From an uncultured virus (IMG/VR IMGVR_UViG_3300034062_004781) (taxonomy: Duplodnaviria > Heunggongvirae > Uroviricota > Caudoviricetes): a DNA stretch of 64,000 nucleotides. Every line of letters starts with the position of its first letter. Within the stretch, counting starts at the first letter, position 1. The notes under the pieces are model-generated. The model did not search any database, was not told the DNA's origin, and worked only from the letters and a program-made list of their open reading frames with translations. This document shows positions 32,350 to 42,200 of this stretch, one piece after another. Made by a program: the position numbers and the translations under genes. The DNA lies in the IMG/VR virus record IMGVR_UViG_3300034062_004781, one strand, 5' to 3'.

Positions 32350-32360
32350 TGTAGCCTCCA

Positions 32361-32567
32361 TCACTCTATCGGCGAAATCTCTGCGCTGTCCGCGCCTAAT
32401 GATTTCGCAAGTTCGTCCAAACTTAAACCGTCTTCGTCAGTCGCTAATTCTATCAGATGATCGATCAAAGCCAGAGCGCCAATAGCCTGCTGATGAACAG
32501 CAAACGCATTATCGCGCTGACGGACGATATCTTCTTTCTTAGCGAGCAAAGATTGTTTCGTGATCAT
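32361..32567 (-). CDS. Hypothetical protein
   Basis: Start MITKQSL. Confidence 0.55.
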   Translation of the reverse strand: MITKQSLLAKKEDIVRQRDNAFAVHQQAIGALALIDHLIELATDEDGLSLDELAKSLGADSAEISPIE

Positions 32568-32568
32568 G

Positions 32569-33207
32569 TTACGCCGCGTTCGAGACCATGATGTAATACG
32601 GCGTTCCAGCCGCAACAATCTTGATCACATGCGAAACAGCCGCAGACGACTGAGCACGGAAGATCGTGCCAGCAGACGGAGCCGGAAGATTCAGAAGCGA
32701 ACCAACCTTTGTCGTGTTGCTGTCAGTCACGCGGATAAACGCCGCAGAAGCCGGGAGCGTAACGCCAGAGGCGAAGTTGCTGTCCAGTTGCAGAGCCGCA
32801 AGAGTGCCGCCCGGCGATGTAGCCGTGCCGCCAATTGTCGCGCGCAGAGCGTTAGCAGCGCCGGAGATTGTGCCGGTCGAATCAATTTCGGCGCTAATAT
32901 GCGCACCGTTGATCGTGCCGCCAGCAGCAGCGCCGACACCGGTCACAACCGAGAACGCACGCAGTGTTTCACCCGAACCACCAGCGCCCGTGAAGGTCAG
33001 CTTGTCGTAGGTGAGACGCGTGTCGCCGCTTGTCGCAGCAACAGTCGCATAATTGGCGAACAGCTTCTGATCAGCTGTTGTGCCCATGCTGTAGGGAGCG
33101 GCATTTGTGCCAACGCCACCTAACGAGCCGGCAGCAGCAGAAGTGCCGTCGCCGATGTAGAAGCCGTTCGCAGACCATACCGGTCCTGAAAAATGTGTAT
33201 CGGCCAT
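32569..33207 (-). CDS. Putative capsid decoration/fibre protein
   Basis: MADTHFSGPV start, immediately downstream of the major capsid gene. Confidence 0.6.
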   Translation of the reverse strand: MADTHFSGPVWSANGFYIGDGTSAAAGSLGGVGTNAAPYSMGTTADQKLFANYATVAATSGDTRLTYDKLTFTGAGGSGETLRAFSVVTGVGAAAGGTINGAHISAEIDSTGTISGAANALRATIGGTATSPGGTLAALQLDSNFASGVTLPASAAFIRVTDSNTTKVGSLLNLPAPSAGTIFRAQSSAAVSHVIKIVAAGTPYYIMVSNAA

Positions 33208-33275
33208 GAGGCCCTCCGCTTAGTTGTTCGCAGCGATTCTGAGGTCGGGCTACCTACTGCGAAACACCAACCCAC

Positions 33276-33305
33276 AAAGCAAAGACGGGGGCTTTCGCCC
33301 CCGCC
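33276..33305 (-). terminator. Rho-independent terminator after major capsid gene
   Basis: GGGGGC-GAAA-GCCCCC followed by GTCTTTGCTTT on the minus strand. Confidence 0.65.
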
Positions 33306-33315
33306 GTTGGATCGA

Positions 33316-34230
33316 TTACGCCACCGGGAAGGAGCCGAAAATCGAACGCCAGTTGTAGTAGCCGAAGCTGTAACGCTCGTAACCTTTGACAAGCAGATTG
33401 TCGGTAACAAAATCGACCTGCATATCGGTTTCGAACTTCACGCGCTCCATGTAGCTCAGGCCGTCGATGTTCGTCAGCAAGAACCACGCATAGGCGGACG
33501 TCAAGAAGTCGTTGACCATGTAGCCTTCCGGCAGACCGCCGGCAGTCATCATGATCGCGTTGACGTCGTTGTCCGCTGTGCCGGGACGCAGTTCCGTCTT
33601 TGTCAGACGGATCGCTGTCGGCTCGAGAGCCGGCGGCACAACAAGACGACGGCCACGAGCGAAGACCTTCAGGCCGGCCTGATCTTTGAAGTTCGTGCGG
33701 ATCGCGATCATCGCGTTCAGCAGCGTGCTTTCGTTAAGATCAACGTCGACTGTGGGCTTGTTCGCAACAGTGCCGCCATCAATCGGATGGTTCGTCGCGC
33801 AGAGCGAGACGCCGTCACCACCAATGGAAGCATTATACGTCGTGGCCGTGTTGAGCACGTTCGCGCCGTAGATTTCCTTGGTCTGCTGGAACGACTCGAT
33901 GAGGCCGAGGTTCGACGGCATAAACTGTGACTTATACAGGTTATCGTCGATGGCCTTGCGTGTAATCGAATAACCCAGAGCAATTTCTGTGTGCTCTTGG
34001 TTATAGACGTAACGCTCGCCGGCAGCGTTATCAAACGCCGTCTGCGCACCTTCGGTCTTCAGCTGAGCCAGACCCAAGAAACGCATTTCAGCGGTGCGCT
34101 CGAGCGCCATCTTGGAATCGTGCTTCGTGAAGATCTTGTCGTATTGAGATGGGATCATCTCATACTTGCCTTCAATACCCCGCAGGCCGGGGAGGAGAAG
34201 GTCTTTAATAGCCGAGAGATTAACAGCCAT
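33316..34230 (-). CDS. Major capsid protein (Mu gpT-like family)
   Basis: LLLPGL...ALGYSIT...GDGVSL...HP...LVVPPAL...AWFL...ERYSFG. Confidence 0.9.
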   Translation of the reverse strand: MAVNLSAIKDLLLPGLRGIEGKYEMIPSQYDKIFTKHDSKMALERTAEMRFLGLAQLKTEGAQTAFDNAAGERYVYNQEHTEIALGYSITRKAIDDNLYKSQFMPSNLGLIESFQQTKEIYGANVLNTATTYNASIGGDGVSLCATNHPIDGGTVANKPTVDVDLNESTLLNAMIAIRTNFKDQAGLKVFARGRRLVVPPALEPTAIRLTKTELRPGTADNDVNAIMMTAGGLPEGYMVNDFLTSAYAWFLLTNIDGLSYMERVKFETDMQVDFVTDNLLVKGYERYSFGYYNWRSIFGSFPVA

Positions 34231-34243
34231 TGGTCCTTACTCC

Positions 34244-34861
34244 TTAAATGCCGTTGAAGTTACGCGGCAGAACCCAGTTAAACTGGACAATCGCCCAGTC
34301 GTAGGCCTGACCGTTCGACAACGTGCCCTGCGAACCGGGCGGAGCATCAACAATGCTCACAACCCGGAAGGGGTTGTAAGAAGAGTATGTCGCCGTGTTG
34401 AGGGTGCTCGAGTTGAGGTAGGTGGTCGACAGGCCATTGGCCGTGTTGCCCGAACCTGTGGTGAAGCCAATCGTGCCATTGACCGCGCCCAGCGCAAGGC
34501 CGGTGGAGTCTGTCTGGACAACGAACTTGGCGTTCGGATCGTTGATGATGTAGCCCTCAACCGTCTGGTTGGAAGCAACATCGCTGCCCGGCCAATAGTT
34601 CGACCAAACAGTGCGCTTCTGCGACGTCGAGAGATACTTGCAGCCAACGAAAACGCCGATGATCGGGGTATCCTGATCAGGGCGGCTCGCAGAGGTGCTC
34701 GGAGCAATCGCCACACCGCCACCGGCAGTCGGAATTACCGGATCACCGAAGAAAATAGCGGTAGCATTGTAAGCAATGCTAACGGCGATCTGCTCATACG
34801 TCGGGGCAGACCCGTTACCGCTGTATTGACGGAAACCGAAAGGCGCATCTGTATTCGCCAT
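34244..34861 (-). CDS. Capsid-associated (cement/decoration) protein
   Basis: MANTDAPFGFR...IFFGDPV...GVFVGC...DPN; directly upstream of the major capsid gene. Confidence 0.7.
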   Translation of the reverse strand: MANTDAPFGFRQYSGNGSAPTYEQIAVSIAYNATAIFFGDPVIPTAGGGVAIAPSTSASRPDQDTPIIGVFVGCKYLSTSQKRTVWSNYWPGSDVASNQTVEGYIINDPNAKFVVQTDSTGLALGAVNGTIGFTTGSGNTANGLSTTYLNSSTLNTATYSSYNPFRVVSIVDAPPGSQGTLSNGQAYDWAIVQFNWVLPRNFNGI

Positions 34862-34976
34862 AACGGAATCTCCTTTTTACAGGAGGCTCTGTCATCGCGC
34901 GCCGGGGCGATTATAGAACCGGGAAAAGTTAATGCTCCACGCCGGGGGAGCTCAGGCCATTTTTCAGACTTGGCGT

Positions 34977-35005
34977 AATTATATATTGACAAGGCATAAA
35001 AGTAA
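34977..35005 (-). promoter_or_regulatory. Putative promoter of the capsid operon
   Basis: TTTACT-N17-TATAAT on the minus strand. Confidence 0.45.
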
Positions 35006-35016
35006 AATGGTGCCGG

Positions 35017-35421
35017 CTATTCAGCCGATTTACGTCTCCAAGGACGTCCGTGGCCCTTATTTTTATTTTTGTATGTATCTGTCTGGCTGTGGCAGTTAGG
35101 GCAAATTAGCTCAAGATTAGTAATTATATTATTATTATAATTTCCATCTATATGCTCTAATTCCAAAATAATAGGTTTATTATTCCAATTTTCAATTCCG
35201 CATGTTTGGCACTTATGACCTCTAATTCTAGTTAAAGCCTTACGTCTCGAGGCATTAGTCTTATAAATATCTGGCTCTCCAGCCGTAAAAAGACGATCTA
35301 AATTAGAGGTGGTATATTCACGCTGACATGCATTTGAACAGAATTTTCCAAATGAAGAATAGTGATATCGTTTTTCGATACCGCAACCTAAACAAATAAA
35401 AGTTTCTGGTCTTAACGACAT
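35017..35421 (-). CDS. HNH endonuclease
   Basis: CQTCG...LELEHIDG...NLELICPNCHSQT; AT-rich; ATG directly follows the tRNA CCA. Confidence 0.88.
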   Translation of the reverse strand: MSLRPETFICLGCGIEKRYHYSSFGKFCSNACQREYTTSNLDRLFTAGEPDIYKTNASRRKALTRIRGHKCQTCGIENWNNKPIILELEHIDGNYNNNIITNLELICPNCHSQTDTYKNKNKGHGRPWRRKSAE

Positions 35422-35496
35422 TGGAGCCCCCACCCGGATTTGCGCCGAGCTTTACCGCTTACAAGGCGGTTACATCGCTACCTATGTTTTGAGGGC
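35422..35496 (-). tRNA. tRNA-Thr(TGT) with encoded CCA
   Basis: GCCCTCA/TGGGGGC acceptor, ACAT/ATGT D stem, ACCGC-CTTGTAA-GCGGT anticodon arm, CTCGG-CGCAAAT-CCGGG T arm, T-CCA. Confidence 0.85.
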
Positions 35497-35540
35497 GCGT
35501 CAAGAGCTCTCAATTTACCATCGAGAGCTCTACTATTAAA

Positions 35541-36137
35541 TCACTTCTCTGGTATAGGCATAGCCTCGTAGGACTTCTTGATGTTCGGCCTGACGCGAGC
35601 GTCGTCACGGGTCATCGTGCCATCCGGTGTTCCTGCAATCTGCTGCTCCTTATGCCGCACCTGCAGACGAGCCTTGCGCAATTCAGCCGCGCGACGCTCG
35701 TCGATAATCTCGGTCGGGCACTGCATCAGGATCATGCCCTTGCGCAGAATCGTCTGGCTGTCTGTTTTATGCGGCATCATCCAAGGATGGCGAGCCGCTG
35801 GGACAGGCTCCCAGCCCGAACGCAAAAGCTGGATCTGATAGGCCGGATCTTCCTGACCCATCGTAGTGTGACGCTTCCATTCATACGTCCAGCCATCAGG
35901 GATCTCATCTAGCGGGATGTAGAAGTCATCCTGACCTTCGACAACGTCGCCAAGATGCTCTCGGAGCTGGGCGGCGCGCTTGGCGGCTGCAGCGCGGGAA
36001 TCTTCTTCGCGCATAGGCGGTCTCATCGGGTTTTCATTTGCAGTCACTGTGACTTCTGTGACTGATTCTTCGACGGCTTCACGCTTCACTTTGGCGGCGG
36101 AAGCGAACTTGCCGGGACGACGAGAGATAGTTTCCAT
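35541..36137 (-). CDS. Conserved head-region phage protein
   Basis: PDGWTYEWKR...GWEPV...GMILM. Confidence 0.75.
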   Translation of the reverse strand: METISRRPGKFASAAKVKREAVEESVTEVTVTANENPMRPPMREEDSRAAAAKRAAQLREHLGDVVEGQDDFYIPLDEIPDGWTYEWKRHTTMGQEDPAYQIQLLRSGWEPVPAARHPWMMPHKTDSQTILRKGMILMQCPTEIIDERRAAELRKARLQVRHKEQQIAGTPDGTMTRDDARVRPNIKKSYEAMPIPEK

Positions 36138-36146
36138 TTTCAATCC

Positions 36147-37070
36147 TTAATGGCCGTAACGGCCTTCTTTCTGCAGTAGAGCTTTATTCTTCGCGTATTC
36201 TTCAGGCTTCATGCCAAGCGCAGCCGCCGTTTCAGCTTCTGCCGCCGTCAGGCGCATGACATTCGGACGCGAAGATCCACGCGACACAGGTGCCGGCGAA
36301 GGCTGCACAGCGCGCTTTGGCGCAGCGGCAGTAGACATCGGGCTTTCAGCCGATGCGCCCGTGCCTTGCTCATCCATGTTCCTGCGAATGCCAAGACGCT
36401 GATCGATGAATGCAAAGTATTCATCCGAATCAGGCGCAATGCCGTCATCGATGGCGTCTTCGTGCGCGCGGAACATCTTGCGGATCTCTCGCTCGCTCTT
36501 CAGATGTTCGCGAGATTCGCGCATCCAAGTGGCCGAGCGCGGTGAAACCTGCGCAGCAAGCTGATCGACAAGATCACCCTGCGGGACAGGCTGCAGCGGC
36601 TCTTTTTCAGCGGCTTCAAGGCGCTCTTTCATCGCCTTTTCGCCCTTCTTCAGCTCAGAAAGCTGCTGCGCATTCATGTTGAGATCCGATTGGATCTCAG
36701 CAGCGCGCGCATAATCCTGAAGATTCATCGCTTCAGCATATGCATTCTTCAGTTGCTCTTTTCTGCCCTTCACCGTCTCGATTGCGTTGACGACGAGCTG
36801 ATAATCCGAGTCGGATTTCTCAACATGAGCCTTTTGAGCGCGCGTTTGAGCCTCTTGAGCACGACGTTCAGCCTCTATGCGCGCATTTTTCTCGCGCTCG
36901 AGGTTCTTTTTCAGCTCAAGAATGCCTTCTTCAGGCGAAACTTCCTGCTTTTCTTCTTTTTTTGCTGATTTTTCTACTTTTTCATCAGCAATTTCGACTT
37001 CCGGCAGCGTTTCGTCCTGATTCTTCGCGTCGTCAAGCACGACATCAATACCATTTTCATCTTCAGCCAT
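36147..37070 (-). CDS. Putative scaffolding protein
   Basis: Acidic coiled coil, C-terminal RLTAAEAETAAALGMKPEEYAK; start MAEDENG. Confidence 0.7.
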   Translation of the reverse strand: MAEDENGIDVVLDDAKNQDETLPEVEIADEKVEKSAKKEEKQEVSPEEGILELKKNLEREKNARIEAERRAQEAQTRAQKAHVEKSDSDYQLVVNAIETVKGRKEQLKNAYAEAMNLQDYARAAEIQSDLNMNAQQLSELKKGEKAMKERLEAAEKEPLQPVPQGDLVDQLAAQVSPRSATWMRESREHLKSEREIRKMFRAHEDAIDDGIAPDSDEYFAFIDQRLGIRRNMDEQGTGASAESPMSTAAAPKRAVQPSPAPVSRGSSRPNVMRLTAAEAETAAALGMKPEEYAKNKALLQKEGRYGH

Positions 37071-37081
37071 AGATTTTCTCC

Positions 37082-37474
37082 TTACCAAGCAGTGTCTGGC
37101 GTCGGGATGCGCATTTTCACCTGCGTATCGGATAGCATTCTGCAAAGAACGCCATTCACTGTGATGCTCCAACCATCGGACGGGCGGAAAACAAGCCAAT
37201 CATGCAGCGCAAAGCTGGCGTTGTTGAACCACTGACCGTTATCGTCTTGGAATGCAGCCGGACCCATGCCCACAAGCAAGCCAACCTTACCCTGATATCG
37301 ATCTTCATTGACCGTTTCGTCCGTCAGAATGATTCCGCTCTTGGTTTTGTTTGGCCGGATATAGACCGCAACGAGCACCTGATTGTTGAAGATTTCAATA
37401 CCAGAGAGATCACCGAGATCCGTCAGCAGTTTTTCTTTCGGATCGATTTCATGTTCCATAACCATAGGAGGCAT
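37082..37474 (-). CDS. GroES-like co-chaperonin
   Basis: QVLV...KTKSGIIL...GLLVGMGP...DWLVF...ING. Confidence 0.8.
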   Translation of the reverse strand: MPPMVMEHEIDPKEKLLTDLGDLSGIEIFNNQVLVAVYIRPNKTKSGIILTDETVNEDRYQGKVGLLVGMGPAAFQDDNGQWFNNASFALHDWLVFRPSDGWSITVNGVLCRMLSDTQVKMRIPTPDTAW

Positions 37475-37488
37475 ATCTTTTCCCTTCC

Positions 37489-37695
37489 TTACCGATACTT
37501 CTCTGCGCAAATCTTATCAGCTTCATCAATAAGATCGGCTACAGCTTTGAGGCCGGCAATTCTGCCAGCCAAATGCTTATATTCTTCGATTGATTCGACG
37601 TATCCGTTAGCCATAGGCTCTAACAGTCTCTCAATCTCAATCTGAACTAATTTTCGCAGCTCGTTTTGATAAAGCTGCGTTGTCGTCAACGCCAT
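37489..37695 (-). CDS. Small conserved phage protein
   Basis: EEYKHLAGRIAGL, upstream of GroES. Confidence 0.7.
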   Translation of the reverse strand: MALTTTQLYQNELRKLVQIEIERLLEPMANGYVESIEEYKHLAGRIAGLKAVADLIDEADKICAEKYR

Positions 37696-37792
37696 ATCCA
37701 GTCCCCTTCACTGGCCTTCCTAATGTAATAACGGGGACCGCTTCAAGGAAGGGGCGAAGCGGTCCCCTATCGCGCTAATTGCTCAACGCGAA

Positions 37793-39160
37793 TTACTTTT
37801 TGCCTTTCGCGATGTCTGTCTTCTGTAGACGACCTTCGCCGCTGGCGGCACCGGCTTCCATGTCCTTATAGGACTTGGCGACCTTGGTGATTCGGCCACC
37901 TTCTTTGCGGGCCGGAGCATCCTTGTGCTTGCTCGCAATTTCGGTCTTCTGCAGACGGCCTTCGCCGCTCGCAGCGCCAGCTTCCATGTCCTTATAGGAC
38001 GAAGCCTTCTTGGTGATTCGACCACCGGCCTTGCGACCCGGAGGAAGCAGACCAGCGCCGGGCGGCATCGGAGGAGCGCCCATCGGCATAGCCGGCGCAG
38101 GAGCGCCAGCAGTCGGCATCGGCGGCATACCATCACCGCCAACCGGCGGCATCGGAGCTTCAGATGGATGTTTCATCGGTGTCTTATGTCCAGCATTGAT
38201 GTTGATGACAATGTCGGTTTTCGCGCCTTTGCTTTTCGCTTTCTTGCCGCCCTTCAGAGCGTTAATCAAGCCGCCAGTCGCGCGCTTTGCACGTCCACCC
38301 TTCTTGTAGTTCTGCGATTTGCCGAACTCTGTCTCATCAGACGGAAGTGTGCTGCCGCTGCCGCCCTTGGCGATATCGCCCAAAGCCGCCTTGTCGCTGC
38401 TCGAATAGGACGACGTGCGGCCCTTGCCGACTTGGCTAAGATCGCTTGTCGATTTCGGCTTGCCGACCATCTTCTCGAGCCAGCTGCCGCCACCATCAGC
38501 GCGCTTTGCACGACCGCCCTTTTTCATAAAGGAGCCGGAAGCCATCGGCGATTCAGCACCGGAAATGGTCTTGTCGCCATAAGGATACTGCGGATCCTCA
38601 ACGCGCTTTACCGGCGCAGCAGCGCGGCGAACAGGCTTCGGAGCAGCACGACGAACAGGCTCAGCAGCGCGACGCGGCGAGACCGGCGCAGCAGCGTCAG
38701 AGGCCGTCATCGGCTCTTCTTTCTGCATCCACGTCGAGCCATCGATGTAGCCCTTACCGGCGAGCGCATTGGCGATGTTATCGATCCAGCCGCCGCCCTC
38801 TTTCTTGATTTTGCCGCCCTTCTTGTAATGCTGGGCAGCGCCGCGCTTCGGCGACGGATCGATAGCGCCGAGCGCCTTCTTTTCCTTCACGCCGGCGTCT
38901 TTCACAGCGCCACCGCGCTTAAAGCCGCCGCGCTTCAGATCCTTGCCGATGGCGGCCTTGGTGTCGCGGGCGGCGTTTGATTCGCCAACGCCCTTGGCGG
39001 ACGGCTTCATGATCGGACGCGCGCCTGTCTTGACGCTGGCGTTCAGCGGCTTCGCAGGGGTCCAATCGCTCGAATCAGTCTTCTGGTCTTTCTCGCCGGC
39101 GAGCGAACGGGCTTTCGCCTTCATCTTCTCGCGCAAGCTCTTTGCGGAATATTCGGACAT
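37793..39160 (-). CDS. Basic low-complexity protein with many K/R-x-GG motifs and a duplicated C-terminal unit
   Basis: YKKGG/MKKGG/RATGG; SYKDMEAGAASGEGRLQKT twice. Confidence 0.75.
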   Translation of the reverse strand: MSEYSAKSLREKMKAKARSLAGEKDQKTDSSDWTPAKPLNASVKTGARPIMKPSAKGVGESNAARDTKAAIGKDLKRGGFKRGGAVKDAGVKEKKALGAIDPSPKRGAAQHYKKGGKIKKEGGGWIDNIANALAGKGYIDGSTWMQKEEPMTASDAAAPVSPRRAAEPVRRAAPKPVRRAAAPVKRVEDPQYPYGDKTISGAESPMASGSFMKKGGRAKRADGGGSWLEKMVGKPKSTSDLSQVGKGRTSSYSSSDKAALGDIAKGGSGSTLPSDETEFGKSQNYKKGGRAKRATGGLINALKGGKKAKSKGAKTDIVININAGHKTPMKHPSEAPMPPVGGDGMPPMPTAGAPAPAMPMGAPPMPPGAGLLPPGRKAGGRITKKASSYKDMEAGAASGEGRLQKTEIASKHKDAPARKEGGRITKVAKSYKDMEAGAASGEGRLQKTDIAKGKK

Positions 39161-39204
39161 TTTAAAACTCCAGCCGGAATTATGCAGGCGTCCCTGCTCC
39201 CGCA

Positions 39205-42200
39205 TTAGCGCGGAAGCTTGGATAATACATCAAAAGCCCGGTCAACGACAGCTCCACCATGCTCGAAAGCCGGCAGACCCTTGAGGATCGCGGCGCGCAG
39301 CTTTGGCGTGATCTCGAGCGAATGGACCTTAAAAGTTCGTCCTTTTCTAAAATCACTAATCAGTTGGTCTCGCTTATCTTGCGTAAGATTGCGCCACCAA
39401 TCGGCCTTGTCGTCTGGGCGCATGTGTTTTGTTTCAGGAAGATCTTCCATAACCTTGTCGCCAGAGACAAATCCTGTGTGCTTGCCCGTATTTATTTCAT
39501 GACCAAATAGCGATAATTTTGCTTCCTTGTCATATTTTCCGACAAGATTGCGGATCTGATTAGGAAGCAAACTATCATAGAACTTTTTCATTCCTTCGCC
39601 GCCGACTTCAAGGTCTTGGCCTTCAAGAATGTGATTTCCGCTCAAAGGATGCGGCTCTGTTGCAAGAAGCTTTTCTGCCGCTTCTTTGCCGATATGCTCC
39701 TCAAGATCTTCCGGCTCTATATCGCCGGGGATATCGCGATACCCTCTGTTGCTGTTGTGATGCATAATTGACAGAGTTTTTTCTTCAGGGTCGTAGGAGA
39801 CGCCCTTTATGTGCTTACTCAGGCTATATCTATTCGCCTGCTCTTCGCCGGGAGTAAATACAACACGGTCATAGCCGCCCTTTGCCGCCTCCATCAGAGC
39901 GCGTTTGATGCCAAGATCTACCCAGCTTTTCGTATCGGTCACATGCGGGCCAACAGGAAGCTTGCCAGACGAGAAGGCGAAATCTTGCGGGACAGCTTTG
40001 GCGGCCTCTTCCTTCTTTATGCCCTGCTCTTTTGCAATTCTTTTGATTTCCTTTTTGCGCGCTTGTTGCGCGGCCTGACCCCAATCGCTTTGAAGTTCTT
40101 CAACATGCAAAGTTTTTCCGTTGTCGCGGTCTGCTAGGCGAAGATGGGCTACGGGGTTCATTTCATCCCAATGAGAAGATTTATAATCAAGATTACTCGT
40201 CTGTGGGCGTTCTTCAATGGTTGACCCTTCAAAAACATTTGCAACGCCTCTTGCTCGCTCTTCGCTATCCACCATAACCGAACGACCGTTGGGGAAGTGA
40301 ACGCGATATTTTATTGTTGGCTTATTCTCAGGGAGATGCATCACAACTTCGCGATAATTGCTTCCACCCGGAATTTTGTATTCGTCGTATCTTGTCTCCG
40401 GCATGTTCGAAATGCTGCGATTGGCGGCTTCTTCTGCTTCCTCCATGCTATTATAATCGCCCATATGGCGGCCAGTCGGCTCATATAATTCGTATGTAGT
40501 TTGACCCTGTCTCCGCGCGTCTTCGTAGATTCTATGAAAATCACCAAGATAAGACGGACCAACAATATAATTCTCGCGCCCCTCTTCGTCTTCGTCCCAT
40601 TGGGCTTGATGATTTACCGGCGGTTTCCCCCCGTAAACAGTCTCCTTAATTTGTGGGAGCTTCGCTTGTAGATGCGACGCAACCTCTTTCGGATCCACGC
40701 TCTTCTGCCCAGCAAAAGCATCTCGAGCGCCTGATAGATCAAGCTCCTCCGCTTTGACATTGGGCGACCCCTTCAGCTTATTCAGGATCTGATCGATGGG
40801 CGCGCGCTGAGGTATTTTGCTGGCCGCCTCAGCAGCGGCGCTGTAAAAACCCATCGGCGTCAGATTGCGAGCTGTTTCTACCGCCGAGGCGGGCGTCGAT
40901 CCCGCTCCAACAATGTTGAGAGCTTTATCGACAGGATCATCAACTGAACCGCCCTCAGCGCGAGAAAGCGGGCGAACGATTGGGGCCGCAGCATAAGACC
41001 AGAGTATCAGACGACGCGCCTCGTCGTCGAGATCGCGACCGCCAAGCTCGATTGGCGTAATCGCGCCGCCGAAAGCTTTGCCTGTTTTTTCCTTCGATTT
41101 AACACGATACAGCTCACCTTTGTTGATCAGCTCCATCGTCTTCGCGGCTGCGTCTTCATAGTCGGCAGGCTTTGCCCGTTCAGAAGCAACGCCGAACTTG
41201 CCGAACATTTCCTTTTCGTGGAACCACAGCGCAGCCTGAATATCAGCGACGCTAATATTCAAACCATACTTTTTCTTCAGAAGCTTCTGCGCTTCTTCGA
41301 CAGTATTCTGCTGGAAGCTTCTTTCAGAATCTCCACGCGGCGCGGCCTGCGACAGCTCGCGGTTCTCCATCCAGTTCTTTGCACGGCGGCGAAGATCTGA
41401 TTTCTCAGAGAACGCCGGGACGCCCTTAGATGCGGTGGAAAACTTTTTGTAGATGCCCTGCGCATAATCCTTCAGCTTGTCGGGATCATTGTAGATGTCC
41501 TCGAACTCACCGTAAGTCATGCCCTTTGTGTCGCGCCCATGCTCCCACGGAACAAGCTTGCCGCTTTTATATTTCGGCTGGCCGCCTTCAAGCGCATACG
41601 GAATGCGCTCGAACGGGAATCCATTGTTGTGCAAGAACTCTTGCTTAAATGCGTCTCTGAAGTCCTGATACTGTTTCTGCTCGTTCAACGGCGCATGGAT
41701 AAAGTTGTGACCAAGTAAACGATTCCATGTGCGGCTGAACCAAAGATCGGCTGTCAGCGTCGAATAATCGCCATGCAGGTTATTGATGAACGATCCAATC
41801 TTCGGACCAAACACCGACCAACCTGTGATCTTCTGATCCGACGCGCCTTTGACGGTGAGCTTCTCACCGTTGGGGCCGCGCATGTTCGGATCAGAATTGA
41901 GGATCTTGCGCCACTCAGACACGGTCTTCGTCTGATTGAACATGTCGCGCATCTTATCGTAGCCATTGGTTTCGATAAGATGGTGGAACTTATTCAGGTT
42001 CTGCTCAATCGCTCTTGTCTTGTCGCCGAACGTGCCGCGCAGGCTTTGCGTTGCGTCTTTGACAGAAGCGCCATTGCGGATCTTGTCGTAAAGACGCGCA
42101 GCATGCACAGAGTTGTTATAGACGTCATTGCCCTGCGACGTGATGCCAAGCAATGCATCGAACAGAAGCTCATTATCTTTGTTTGTTTTCAGCTCTGGGA

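Noticed and set aside
35422..35496. tRNA as an integration (att) site
   Set aside because: No integrase and no duplicated tRNA 3' end noticed in the window
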